DNA of 64,000 nt from the human T2T-CHM13v2.0 reference genome, Homo sapiens. Positions 28,523-42,174 of the stretch are shown one piece after another. Location of the stretch: NCBI RefSeq assembly GCF_009914755.1, contig NC_060927.1. One strand, given 5' to 3'. The notes under the pieces were generated by a model. That model worked only from the letters and a program-made list of their open reading frames with translations, had not been told where the DNA came from and did not search any database. Position 1 is the first letter of the stretch; the number at the start of each line of letters is the position of its first letter. The position numbers and the translations under genes were made by a program.

Positions 28523-30289
28523 TACTTGTTTCTTTAAAGATGCCGAGTTAATATTGCCTAGAGGAATCACTGGATTTTTCTAATGATGCTTAAATACCAG
28601 CATTTTCAATAAAAAGGCCATTCTTTCAGCAAAACTCAAATGTGTTTATTTTTTGCCTATTTTCCCCCAATTTTAAGGTGTGATTTTTAATGAAAGAACG
28701 TTTTAGGTGGGAATTTGCGAAAAGATTGAGAATTGAGTTCATAATGATGAAATGACTTTATCACCCAACTTTAAAATTGTGAGAATTTTAATTTTTAAAT
28801 TAAAAAAATTTAAGTTAATAAAATTTAAATTTAAAAAATTTAAATTTTTAACACAAAGTTTATGTCTGAGACAGTGAGAGAGAAAAGAGAGAGACAGAGG
28901 AAAAAGAGAGAGGAGAGAAAATTATGTGTGTATATGGTTGTGTGTGTGTGGTTGTGTGTGTATACACAACCAAAATTTAGCTAAATAATAAAACTAGTTT
29001 TCAAAATGTTTAGATTCAGATCAATAATATAGTTGCTTCACTTTTTAAAAAATGAATAACATTGTATGTAAAAAAAAGATGCTGCTATTTGTGATAAACT
29101 AATATAACAAAGTCTATATAAACTTTAGGATTTTTTTCTGCAACGTGTAGTGAGATTGTTGTGAGAAGTAAAAACAAAACTTCAAAGGCCAATGTACATT
29201 GCAGGAGAAGAGGAATGAATATTATAGCACATAGGATGACTAAGAAAAGCTATATATTAATACTATTCACCATCTAATTTTGGGATGATATGCTTGTTTT
29301 TTAAAGGTGCAAACCTGATCAATATCCTGATCATAAACCAGTAACTGAAGCATATTCAGCTTTGTAAATGACCTTGGGGCCTTTGCATTCTATCTCTTCT
29401 TAACTCCAGCTAACCTTTGATTCCGCTTTCCAATGTCCCCTTTTGCTTTTCTTTCCTCTTCCCACCTCAGTGGGGTCAAAGGCTTCTCACCTCTAAGCCT
29501 AACTCTGGGCAAACAGTATCATTCTGAGCTAAGTCGCAGTTTCAAAACTTTAAATAGACTTCATTATCATGCATAAGCAAATTAACCTTTGTAAGGGCAG
29601 CTTGCTGCAAGGAAGAAAGAAATTACTCAGCTGTTACTGCATCTATCGCAAACCACTGATTTGTGCCTAATAATGTGAGTTTTGAAAATAATCAGCATAA
29701 GATGGTCTTGCAAGATTCCAGCTTGTTATGAGGTAACCGAGTTTATGGGTGCCTGTATCTGTACGTGAGCCTTTCCTCCCCAAAAGCATTTATGGAAAAT
29801 TTTATAATCATGTGTCACTCACCGATGTACTGTGTATTAGAGGGTAAGTCTAAGAGAGTAAAAACCTGGGCTGAAAAAAGCTGATTGGACCTTTAGCTTG
29901 TCTGATTGCTGAGTGATGGGAAACACACTGCACCTGCACTTCTTCCCCGTGGCTGTCTCCACCTGTATACCCCACAGGCATCTCAGACTCATCATCTTTC
30001 CCCTATATCTTGCTTCCTTAAAAACCTGCTTCTCTTCTGTAGGTCTTTATTTATGAGGATGGCCTCATTATCTTCCCAATTATGCAGGCTTAAAAAATCA
30101 GTCATTTTTCACTTCTTTCTCCCCCCGACCCCAAATCCAATCAGGTTGTCAAATTCAATCAAGTCAATCTTTGCCACATTTCTCAAACCTAACTCTTTCT
30201 GTTCCTACTGTCATGATCTTACTTTGGGTGTTTTTTTTTTTTTCTCTTGCTTCAATGATTTTGATGTTTTCCTGACTGTGATTCTATGT

Positions 30290-30530
30290 AGTGGTTAAGA
30301 GCTGAGATTCTGGAGACCTGCTGCCCCTGCTTAAGTTCAGGTTGAATCACTTGTTGACTACGTAGTCTTTGAAATGTCATTTAAATTATCTTTCTTTTGG
30401 TTTCTTCACCTGTAAAATGGGGATGATGATAGTTTTTACTCAGAAAATTGTGAGAATTAATTGAGACTACTTCTTTAACGTGCCTAATACAGCAGCACTA
30501 GGTAAATATTAAGTACTATGAGATTATTGT
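30290..30530 (+). mobile_element. MIR
   Basis: gtagtggttaagagc...cctgtaaaatggggatgatgatagt. Confidence 0.75.
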
Positions 30531-31730
30531 ATCACCCTTTCAGTCTTACCAGTCTTTCAATCTATTCAACTTAAATCTATCAGATTACCTTATTAAAATA
30601 CCATGCTGATCAACCTATATCTTTGCTCAGATTTTTGCCCACGATGCTCTATTATCTACTTATGCTTTATAAATGGGATTACAGAAAATCTCAGGTAACA
30701 GAGTTGTTATAGCTACTACAAGAAGCCACAGGATAAACATGCCATATCTACCTGAAGCCTAAATTTAATCAATTAAATGGTGTACATTTTCAGATATTGC
30801 TTTTATGTTAAAATCAACCAATGTAAATGAAATGCAATAGGAAACATAATTATATGGTTTTAATGATAAAACAATTGCAAATAAATTTTGTGTTTATGGC
30901 AAGTGGTCATGGCTCTATGGCAGTGGGGGTGTTCTACTGGCAAAATATGAGAAGCAGTAATGTGCAGCTTCATAGCCTGACTTATAAGAACTTTGCATTA
31001 TGGTCCTAATCTACTTTTCTATTCTATCTATTTCTAGATTTCACTTATATAAATCATGACCTTGCCAAATCAGACACGTTGATTTTTCCCATATATGTCC
31101 CATCCTTCCTCTGCCAGTTAATTAACTTACATGGTTCCCTCCTTTTACCTGTTCTAAACCACTTAACACCTCCTCCCAACACTCACACACTCATGTCTAC
31201 ATTCATCCATGTCTTAAAGCCCACATTTCAGCGATGAATCGATAGAGTGTGATAAAGTAAAGAGAAATATGGAAGATGACTTGATGATATCTTTCGTTGA
31301 GCACATTAACATAGAAAGCTTTGTCTTAACCCCTGTTAGGAATAAATAGAACAAACAGATACGTTTTCCATCGATGAAATCAGCAATTAAGTGGCAGCTT
31401 TTATTAAGAGGCTACTGGGTTTCTTTGAAAGGAATAACATTTTATGAAGGAAAAAGTCTCTGAATGTTTCCAGGGCAGAGAAGTTTGGCCAGGTTTTACT
31501 GTGGACTATTGCAGGTGTAGAAGAAGACGTTTAGGAGAGGCCATTTTGAAAAAGCTTTGCAGATGTGTTTTGAATGATGCAGGCTGAGACCCTCTCATAA
31601 TAGTGAGTACAAGTGCTGATGTTGGGGAGTTAGTTGAAAAGTTAACAGGATGGGAAAGTTTTCTAAGATTGTGTGACTGAATCCTGAGACAGCTGTAGTT
31701 TAGTTGAAAAATCTTTAGTGGCCCATTTCT

Positions 31731-32026
31731 TTTTGTTGTTGTTGTTGAGACGGAGTCTTGCTCTGTCACCCAGGCTGGAGTGCAGTGGCCCGATCTCCAC
31801 TCACTGCAAGCTCCGCCTCCGGGTTCACGCCATTCTCCTGCCTCAGCCTCCCGAGTAGCTGGGACTACAGGGGCCCACCACCACACCTGGCTAATTTTTT
31901 TTATTTTTAGTAGAGACGGGGTTTCACCATGTTAGCCAGGATGGTCTCGATCTCCTGACCTCGTGATCCGCCTGCCTCAGCCTCCCAAAGTGCTGAGATT
32001 ACAGGCGTGAGCCACCGCACCCAGCC
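31731..32026 (-). mobile_element. AluY with (GTT)n tail
   Basis: AluY diagnostic bases; TSD core cccatttct on both sides. Confidence 0.95.
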
Positions 32027-33229
32027 GGTAGACCCATTTCTAAACCTAGGTCTGGCTTCAACAAATTATGGGACCTTAGGGAAATTGTCTTTCTGAATCA
32101 TAGTTTCACCCATCCAACCAAACAGAAATAATAATGGGGATATGAGGACCAAATGAGGTGATCTGTTTGTATGTAAAAATACTTTGTATATTTTAATGGA
32201 GTCTCTTTTATCTCTGAAATGGAGATAATAATATAGCTCTTCATAGGGTGATTCTGAGGATTAAATGAGAAAGCCATGCAGTACATTTACAAGGTGTTTG
32301 AAACTATGGTGCCAAAGAGAATAAGTATTAGCCATCATTATTATCATCACTGTTACTATTTATGTGTCACACCAATGAATGGATATGATACTATTATGGT
32401 AGCATTTTGGTTTTAGTTTTCACACTAATTTTTGATTTAGGGGACTAAAGAAGTAGTATTGTTATGCTTTTAACCCCACGACAATTCTTAATCTGAGAAG
32501 CCAAGTCCCTGTTTTAGTGATCTTGCCAACTATGTTTTATTTGCATAGTGCTTTGTTTACTGCAAAGAGCTTTGACAAATATATATCTCATTAGCTCCTG
32601 AAAACAACCCTGATCATTAAGCAGGGCAACACTGACACACCAATTGGGAGATGAACAAACTGAAGCTGGGAGCATTGTGTTTTGGCCAGAGTCACATAGA
32701 AAGTTGGTGATGGTTACAGTGGGCTCCTCTGGCTGCTACTGCAGAGACATCCCAGAGCTCTGGGTAGGCTTCTACTTATCAATGGCTGACATTTCAGGTG
32801 AGCTCCGGGAGGACAGGTACTAAAACACAAATGTCTTCTAATTCTCCAGATGCCAAGCAGCATTCAAGCACATAGTAGGATTTGAAAACTACTTTTCGAA
32901 TTCCCTTTTTAAACAATTTGAAAACATCTTCTGTGTTATTTCTTGATGATTCTAAATATAGCAATAAGATGTAATCTGTTTTAAAACTTTTTTGCAGCAT
33001 CAGTGTAGGGACTCTAAAAAAGGCAGTTAAAACTTCTGCAGTTGCAGAATTTACACAGAATAGTCACAGTGATTATTTCTGGGTGGTGGGACTCAATGTA
33101 ATTTTCTGAAGTTTTTGCTTTTTTTTTTTTTTTTTGCTTATCTGTACTTTCTACCTGTTTTTTTTCCCTCCCATTAAATTTTATGTAAAAATAGTAATTA
33201 CATTAGGTTATCAACAGTACCACCCTTTG

Positions 33230-33420
33230 GAGCTAGTGAGTGTGTTTTCCACATACTATTTTGGTGACCTTGAACAACTGCTTTGTCTCTCTGTTTTCAG
33301 TTTCCCTGTCTATGAAATGGAATAATAATAATAACACACAGTTAATAGGGCTGTGGGGAGATTAACAGAAATAACAGAAGGATCCTGGCATGTGATAGGT
33401 GCTCAATTAATATATGGCTA
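33230..33420 (+). mobile_element. MIR
   Basis: gtgaccttgaacaa...cagtttccctgtctatgaaatggaataataata...taggtgctcaattaat. Confidence 0.7.
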
Positions 33421-35630
33421 CCACCACTCTTACCTCTTCTTCCCTACTCTTCAAACTTATAGTAATTTGGGGCTAGAGAACAATTTCAGGGGTGGCTTTA
33501 ACTTCTTTATGGAATAAACCATACACACTTGCAGAAAACAACTGAGCAAAAGCTTTAAGGTGACAAGTTATCATAAATCTCAGTTCTTTCCCACACATCC
33601 CTTAGTGACTGGCTCTTACAAGATTTTGTTATTAAATACTACCTGGCAACGAGCAGAGATGGCTGGCCAGATTATCCCACAAGGAAGGCTAGGAAGCATT
33701 GTTTAGAAAGGTGTCCTTGGAGGTGAGGGGATGGATGAGAGGGGCCTCTGCAGGGTGTATTGGGCTGCTTTCTGAGACAGGCCAAAATTCAGGCATTCTG
33801 GGGTCCCACATGTGCTTGTTTTGGCCCTTGTTTGGATCACTCTGCTTAATAGGAACCGGCAACCTCCGTTTCAGAGCTTGGGCTCAGTTTAGACAGCTGT
33901 CTAATTGGTTTATGTCATTCATTAGGCATTTCTTTTCTTTAAAGTTGGCAACTTGATGCCAGATTATGGGGAGAGATTCCGTACCACCCATGTCTGTTTT
34001 GTTGTTCCCCAGGTTATAAATGAGATGATGTGGAGGCTCCTCTGGCAGTGTCCTTAGCTTGGCTCCCAATTTCAACATTGTTAGAGTCCTGCTGTGTTTG
34101 GACTGGAGGCTCTCCCCTCCCACTTCCGCTGTCACACACCAGGAACTATGCTGGTGCAATGTGCCTGCAGGGCTAGCCACTTTCTTCTTTCCTCCTGCAC
34201 TGAAAACTGAGGGTTTCCTGATCTGGGACCTGGATAACTAAAGGCTCTCTCACCCCTGAAAAGGGATTGCCAGAGGGAAGATGGGGAAAGGTGTGGCGGG
34301 AAAGGGAGCAAAAGGTGCCAAGGATAGGTTTCCTACCCCACAGATTCCTCCAGCTCAGCAGGCTCAGGAATAGTCTCATTTCCCCTCCCACCAAACTTGC
34401 ACTGACTGTTCTGGTTAAGGGCATCAGTGTCTTCTCACTCATCAAGGATGAAAACCTCAGGACCACAAAATAGAAAGGGACATGGTGCAATTTTTCAAAG
34501 ATATTTCCATCTAAAGATTAAGATTCTATTATCTTTGACTCACAAGTCTGTCTCCTCCTTTTTATTCTCTTTGTCACTTCCCTGTTTCAGGTCCTCACAG
34601 TTCCTCCACTCACAGGCTCCTAACTGTTCTCCCTTGCTTTTACTCTCCAAAATCCATCTTGTCTGTCAAGTTCCGACCATTTAATCGTCACAAGTCAAAG
34701 CCACGGCCCAGTTCATATCTCTTCCCTTATTAAAAGCTTGCCTCAGTCTGCAATTGTTTGCAAGATAAACTCCTGAGCCTAGTTTCCAATATCTTCTACT
34801 ACCTGTCTGCAATCTATCTGTCCAACCTTTTGGCCTGTTTCCCTATGAACACTAAGTTTGAGCTACACTGGAACATTCAACACGTACCTTTTCTTCTGTG
34901 TATACTGTATGAAGGGCTAAGAAAAAAGCATAGTTGGGTATACAAAACATGTGAATGTCTCATTAGCTTACTTTTCTCACCAGATGGTTATGCCCATAGG
35001 AAACTGACTGGTGATTTTGAAAATTGAAGTTTAAATTTCTGGAGAATGATAAAAGGGAAGAGATCAGGAATCAAGTACTTAGATACCATGTCACCTCTGC
35101 AGTGATATGGAAGATCCTATGGGGAAGTGGGGGAGGAAAAGCCAGTTCTTTCTTGGAGCCAATTCCAAATTATATAATAACCAGATTTATGGCATAATAT
35201 TGCCATATAAATCATATATAATGGATTAATTTGTGCTCGGGGCCCACTTTGCTTGTTGAGTGAAAGAAAATGAGCAAAGGTTGAACTGGAATGATCAATT
35301 AACTTTACTGAAACACTCATTAGTCTACAAGATTTCTGTGGGAGGCTTACCTGTAAAAAAATGCTACCAGCTCCCCAGCTCCACTGTGTCCCCTTTAGAG
35401 AGGTGGTAAGTGGGGTGTGTATCGCAGGGGGAAATACACAGGTCTTGTTTCAAATAGACCAAAGACAATACTTCAGCAATTTGAAATAGGTTCTTTGAAC
35501 ATTAATTTCCTCATAAATATAGCAAATATTATCTATAAGATTTCTATAATATTTGAAGACAATGAATATGAAGATGTGTAGACCATGTTCCCTTTTCTGT
35601 GTCACCTTTAATTACACAACCCTTACAGTT

Positions 35631-35657
35631 ACACACACACACACACACACACACACA
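35631..35657. repeat. (AC)13 microsatellite followed by GCGCGC
   Basis: Read directly. Confidence 0.95.
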
Positions 35658-35684
35658 GCGCGCAAGCAGGAAGAAACTGGTTAA

Positions 35685-35799
35685 TTTTTTTTTTATTACA
35701 CTTTAAGTTCTAGGGTGCATGTGCACAATGCGCAGGTTTGTTACATATGTATACATGTGCCATGTTGGTGTGCTGCACCCATTAACTCCTCATTTACAT
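35685..35799 (-). mobile_element. L1PA extreme 3' end fragment (~115 bp)
   Basis: ttattacactttaagttctagggtgcatgtgcacaatgcgcaggtttgttacatatgtatacatgtgccatg. Confidence 0.9.
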
Positions 35800-37399
35800 A
35801 AGCTTTAGGACAATGCTAATTATTTACCTCACCTACGGCGAGAAGTAGAAAAACTCCAACACTTTCCCACATTCACGCCTTTGTTTTATGTGCTTCTATG
35901 TGGAATAATCTTTCTCCAATCTTTGAATGACCATTTCTCATTATACTTTTTCATGCCCTGGTTAAATCGCCACTTCTTCCAAAATTGACTTATCCTCAAA
36001 TCAGATGTGGAATCTGCCCTCTGTAATGAAAGCTTCTCCCCTCAGTTTTCTCCTGTCTTTCTTAGAACCCGTATCTTTCCTAGTAGACTGTGAGCAACCT
36101 GAATGCAGAGGCATTTCCTTGTTCGTCTTTGATCAACAATGCCAAGGCTGTGTTGTGAACACAGTTCAGCTCAGTACACATTTGTGGAATGAATAATATT
36201 GTTGCTAAGTTAGAGTTCAGTATTTACATCTTTTAAACTACATTATCTCTGTGGCTTTAAATTAGATTCATTTTGTTTAGTATTCATTAGTTAACATAAA
36301 CTCTATTGGGTACTACTCAGATTGCAAAAAAAAAAAAAAAAAAAAAAAAAGGCCTTGGTCTCTTTGACCCTTAAATTATTATGAAGGAGTCGCTTTAATA
36401 TTCAGAGACTCATTTCTTCTCTGCTCTCTGTAGAAATGTGTGGGGATATGGTAGTGGAAAGCTTCATTGATATCCCAAGCATCTTTAGGGGATTGTGTGT
36501 ACGTGCACATTTTCATTTAAATGATTGGAAGTTCTCAAGGGCGCGTGATGTTTTACTAGACATAATGCAGGATTAATTAAAGACCGTGCTCAAACTTTGT
36601 CTTTCTGGCTCTTACAGTATTTTGGATAATGCTTACAATGCAAATAGAATTAATTAGCCACATAGTGAAATGTTTTGCCACATCCTAATTATGTTGTGGG
36701 GAAAGATGATTTACTTAGTTTCATTTTAAAATGATGCTTTAAAAAAAAAAAAAACAAAAACATTTAGACTGTTTCTTAAGCCTTGACCAGGATAGGAGTT
36801 TGCGTTTTTGTTTCTTGGTTTGTTGACCCGTTTGGGGCTTTATCTCCCTTAATTCAAGAACTGTTTCTAAAACGGAGGTACACTTCATGATGAGTTGGTA
36901 AGTCAATGCTGGTCTTACCAGGACAGAACAAACTCAATTTATTTTGCTTTTGCCTTGAGCATTTAGCCTAAATAAGTCATCAGGAGAGTTTGTTCTCTGC
37001 CTCACAATTTCTGATCAAAATCTTCTTTGTGAAAGATCAGGTGCCAAAGATGGAATTTAACTGTGAGCTGTATTTTCCATGCCTAATTTCTTCAAAAGTT
37101 AATTTGAAAAACCAACTCTTCACAATGTAGTTTAGCAGAAGCAGGTATGAAAAAGCTTAGAAATTAGAAATTATATTTGATGGTGAATTTCAGGTGAGTC
37201 AGCAATGTGGTAAATCACCAACACAGCTAATGTTGCTGTTGGCTAAATTGCAAATATGCAGACGATTACAATTATATAAGGATATATATACAATTATACA
37301 CAGACATACACAATTATGTGTAGATCTGTATATCTGTATACGGATGAACAGAAGGAGGGTGTTTCATGGCATATTCCATAGTGATTGGATCACTGTTGT

Positions 37400-37560
37400 A
37401 GTATTGTTTCCTTTTTATGGCCACATACTTTAATAAGGACATTGGAAAACTAGAAATAAGGACATTGGAAAACTAGAACATGTTCAGAAGAAGGCGAAGC
37501 AATTGGCTGGTGAAGCAACTTTGACCTTGTCAAAAGAGGAGTGGTTGAAGAAATAGGTGT
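37400..37560 (+). mobile_element. CR1/L3 remnant containing a 23-bp tandem duplication
   Basis: ggccacatactttaataaggacattggaaaactaga (x2) acatgttcagaagaaggcga. Confidence 0.55.
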
Positions 37561-37805
37561 CTGTTGTAGTTGCTATTGCTTTTTAAAATAAATAAATGGA
37601 GAGTGACAGGGAGATTATATGATAAAAGTGTTGTATCACTGTAAACATTTGAATAATCTTCAAACAAACCTTATACTAGTCTGTTTCCTTGATAAAAATA
37701 TTTTTTGAAGACTTAAGTATTATAACTCCACTAAATGATAGAAACAGTGTCTGAATTGCAGCCTTTGGGTGCCTTTCATCACAATTCACTGATAAACCCT
37801 CTTCT

Positions 37806-38196
<391 letters not shown>

Positions 38197-38334
38197 TAGG
38201 TGCATAGTTTAGATGACCCTTCTTTTGATCCCTTTCTAGCTGTGCCCATCCCCGCGGCCTGAGGAGCCCTCAGGGCCAAGGATATTTGCCAATCCAGATC
38301 CCATACTGCTCCTCCCACTCCCTCTGACTACTTG

Positions 38335-38487
38335 TTCTTAGGTGGGGTTAGGATCACCTGGGAGCTCATTAGATGTACAGAGTCCAGAATTTCAGGCCCA
38401 CTCCAGACCAGCTGGATCAGATTCTGGATTTTAAGAAAACCCCAGGTGATTCAGATGCTCATTAGAGTTTCTCAAGCATTGTTCTAA
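38335..38487. mobile_element. MER5 (hAT-Charlie)
   Basis: gatcacctgggagctc...aggcccactccagacc...ccccaggtgattcagatgc. Confidence 0.7.
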
Positions 38488-41400
38488 ACCACGCTCTGAG
38501 TGTCTGAAAACCTAAAACTTTTTACCTGATGGCCCTACCTCTGCTTGCAGGGCTTGTGCGAGTTTTTCCAATGGGGCTGTCCTTCAAAGAGCATATCGTG
38601 CTGCCAATGGACATAGACATAGGGCTGAGGGGTGACCAAGAACTGACCATTTGGGAAGAGGACTCATGTATGGAACTTGGGAACATGGGGCTGGTTGTTC
38701 TCATTCATGTATGCAAAGCCTGCTATGCTAAGGGACAGAACACTAGGACTGGGAGAAATGGAGGGAGGATCCCAGGTCTCCGTCTGAACTATCGCTCTGG
38801 GCCTGGGTGGAAATGCAAAGCTCTGTGGTAGAAGTAAATCTTAAATAAAAACAAAATCATAAAACCCCAAACTCATATGTATGCAAAGCAATATTATTGC
38901 AACACGAAGATAAATCAAAAACTTCAAGTAAAACTTAACTCACTTACCCCAAAGCAAATATACACTGTGGAATGTAGGTGAATCAGCTCTATTTCAGGAA
39001 ACATTGGCATTTCTTGACTTTGTACATAGCTTAGTATTTTACACCATTTTCCTTCTTTGCCCGCCTGAATTTCTGATTTAACAGGTTGTGATGGGAGCCA
39101 AAAAAGCTAGCAGGAATGTAAAATAACTCAGAAAATTATTTTCTTGTGATTGACTTTGCAGGGTTCTGTTAAAGAAATGCTTTAAACCAGTGATGAGATA
39201 GACCCTTTAGGTAACAGTCTTGCACTAGCTCTGCTGAGTATGTCTCCTGTCTCTATTTTTCAGAGGAGGAAACATACTGAGTGTTAAAGTGACTTCTCCA
39301 AGGTCACACAGTAATGCTGGTGCTGAGATTTGAACTCAGATCTGCATCCTCTGACCTCTAAGACTTCTTTTATTACATAAAAGTACTTCATCAGTGGCAT
39401 GGGATTTTTGTTGTCTGAGTTTCACCTGTGGTTGGTAGAATATACTCACTTTGGCAGGGAAGGGGCCACAGAATACCCAACCCTTGCTCAACAGTTTGAA
39501 TGATTCATGAGGGCCATAACCTAGAGAGTGTGTGTGTGGAAAACCTAGAGGGTATGTGTGTGGAAGTTTGCTTTGTCATATAACTTACTGTATGAAATAT
39601 CATAAACTTCTTCAGGAAATGTCATGAGCTGAAAGAGAAAACAAATGAATGTATCATGTATCTTCTCTTGAAATTTGTTCCATTTCAAATTCCTCCAAAA
39701 GTGGGGAAAGCAGAGCCTTCTGTACCCACCACCCTCTCGGGCAGACCCATGGTTTCCTCAAGGGCCATGACAGCAGGGCTAGAAGTTTGTGTTAACTGGT
39801 CTAACTGCCCGTGTATGTATTCCAGACCATCTACTCCCAACCTCTCTTGAGAGGAAATGGAAACAGGAGATTTAGAAAAATGGGGTTTTTTTTGAGAATT
39901 TTTTTTTTTTTACTTAGTTATTCTGTGCATGCTGAAACTTGTTTTTTTAGGGTGCTCAAAAGTACTTCCTTTTAAGAGGAGAGACAAAAATTTACACAAA
40001 CCTGAGGCCAGTGATTTGCCAAATGTACCAATTCATAATGAAGGGAGTTGCCTCAAAATGTTTCCTTTATTGTGTAGCATTTTTCTTGGTAGCTTTGTAA
40101 GAGAAGCTCTTTCCTCTGTCTACCTGGCAACCTCTTGGCACGGAAAGCCTTCAATATAGATGTGACATGCCAGCATCTGCGGCAAAACACTTTCAAAGCA
40201 AGCCGTATACTATATGCATGCAAACGTATAACTCTTTCTATCCTGGGCATTTCTCGAAATATCTGTTACATACCCCTCAAAATTGATGAAGGATTTCTTT
40301 CATCTCCCTCAAACAAACAGGAAACACTTTAAAATCTCATTTTTAAACAGAACAACTCAGAAATATAGACTAATGAAAAATAAAAACAGCTGGAGTCAGA
40401 TCACTCTGCTCTGAGGAATGGGCATTTTTGTTTTATTTTGAGTTGTGTATTTTTTTTTTTTTTTTTACAGTAAAGATCATGGGTCTACTCATGTCCAACC
40501 GATTTGACCATGAACTGCAAAATGGATATCATGGGGGCCATGAACATGATTTAGACATCGACCCTATTCTTGATCAGCTCACAGTTCATTTGATGATGTA
40601 ACATTAGTATATAGAATAATTTCATATTGATGAAGTTATCACAAATGTTTTAAGACAGGCTCAGGAAGTGGAATGGTTTGGTTGGAGCTGTGAGGGGTTG
40701 TGGTTTTGGATATTGGAAATGCATGCTAGAATTCTACTCAAAAGGTTGTGTATCTGGCTGAGAAAGTGTTTCTGAATTTGGTAGGCAACTGGAAGCCACT
40801 TTAGTTTTCTGAGCTGGTTGGAGTGACACTATGGAGCAAGGTAGAGAGCAGATTAATTTAGGTGAAGAGAGACCACACATAAAAAAGTGAACTCTATAAT
40901 GATTATCTTCGTGTATGCTTACTGGGAAAGCAAACAATTGGTTGGCATAAATGCTTCTTTTCTTCATTGTCCTGTATAGCCATAGGATACCATGGGATTA
41001 TCAGGGGATATGGAATCAAGAGACCTAAAATCTAGTGCCTGATCTAGCACCTACTACTTAATGTCTTTAGACCTAACTTTCCTCATCTGTAAAATAGAGA
41101 TTATAAAACTATCTTGTGAGCTCATGGTAAGAACTAGACATAATGTATGTAGATGTCTTAGCGCATTGCCTGGAACAATTTAGGCCTCGCTCTTAAGACA
41201 GATGACACATCTTAAATATGCAGGTTATCATTTCCATGTAAAAATAATACATGCTCATTACAGAAAGTAAGAATTTTCAAAAGAAGAAAAAGAGTTGTGT
41301 CAATAGTGTTAAAGTTCTATTGTGTCTTTTTCAATCCTGTTATATGCTTCCCACTCAGGTTTAGTGCCAGGGTAATGAACTGGAAAGAAAGCAGGCTTAA

Positions 41401-41778
41401 TGTTATCCTTCTTAAGATTTTACTCTTCCTCTTGCCAGATTTGCTTTGCTGTTTGTAGGAAGAAGAACCAGAGCTAGACCAGATAAGCTCCAGATCCCTG
41501 CATCTGGCTTTTCACTTCCATCACTGAAGACATATTCCTGGTCCAGACCTAGAATCTGAGCACTGTTGGGAGTAGGCAACTTCTGCCAGCAATGCCAATA
41601 AATGTCCCCTTTGTTAACCAGCCCTCAGATATCCTCAATATTCCTTCTTTACTAGTAGAGCTCATGGCTCTTGACCGGAAATCCAGGTCAGAGTTCTATC
41701 TCTGGGTCAGAAATATCTGGTTGTAAATCCTGGCTCTCACTAGTTCTGTGCCTTTAGAATTTTCATAATTCCTTTCTA

Positions 41779-42174
<396 letters not shown>

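Noticed and set aside
36326-36350. Isolated poly-A runs (also 23037-23059, 2211-2230) as processed pseudogene tails
   Set aside because: No upstream recognisable transcript, polyA signal or TSD.
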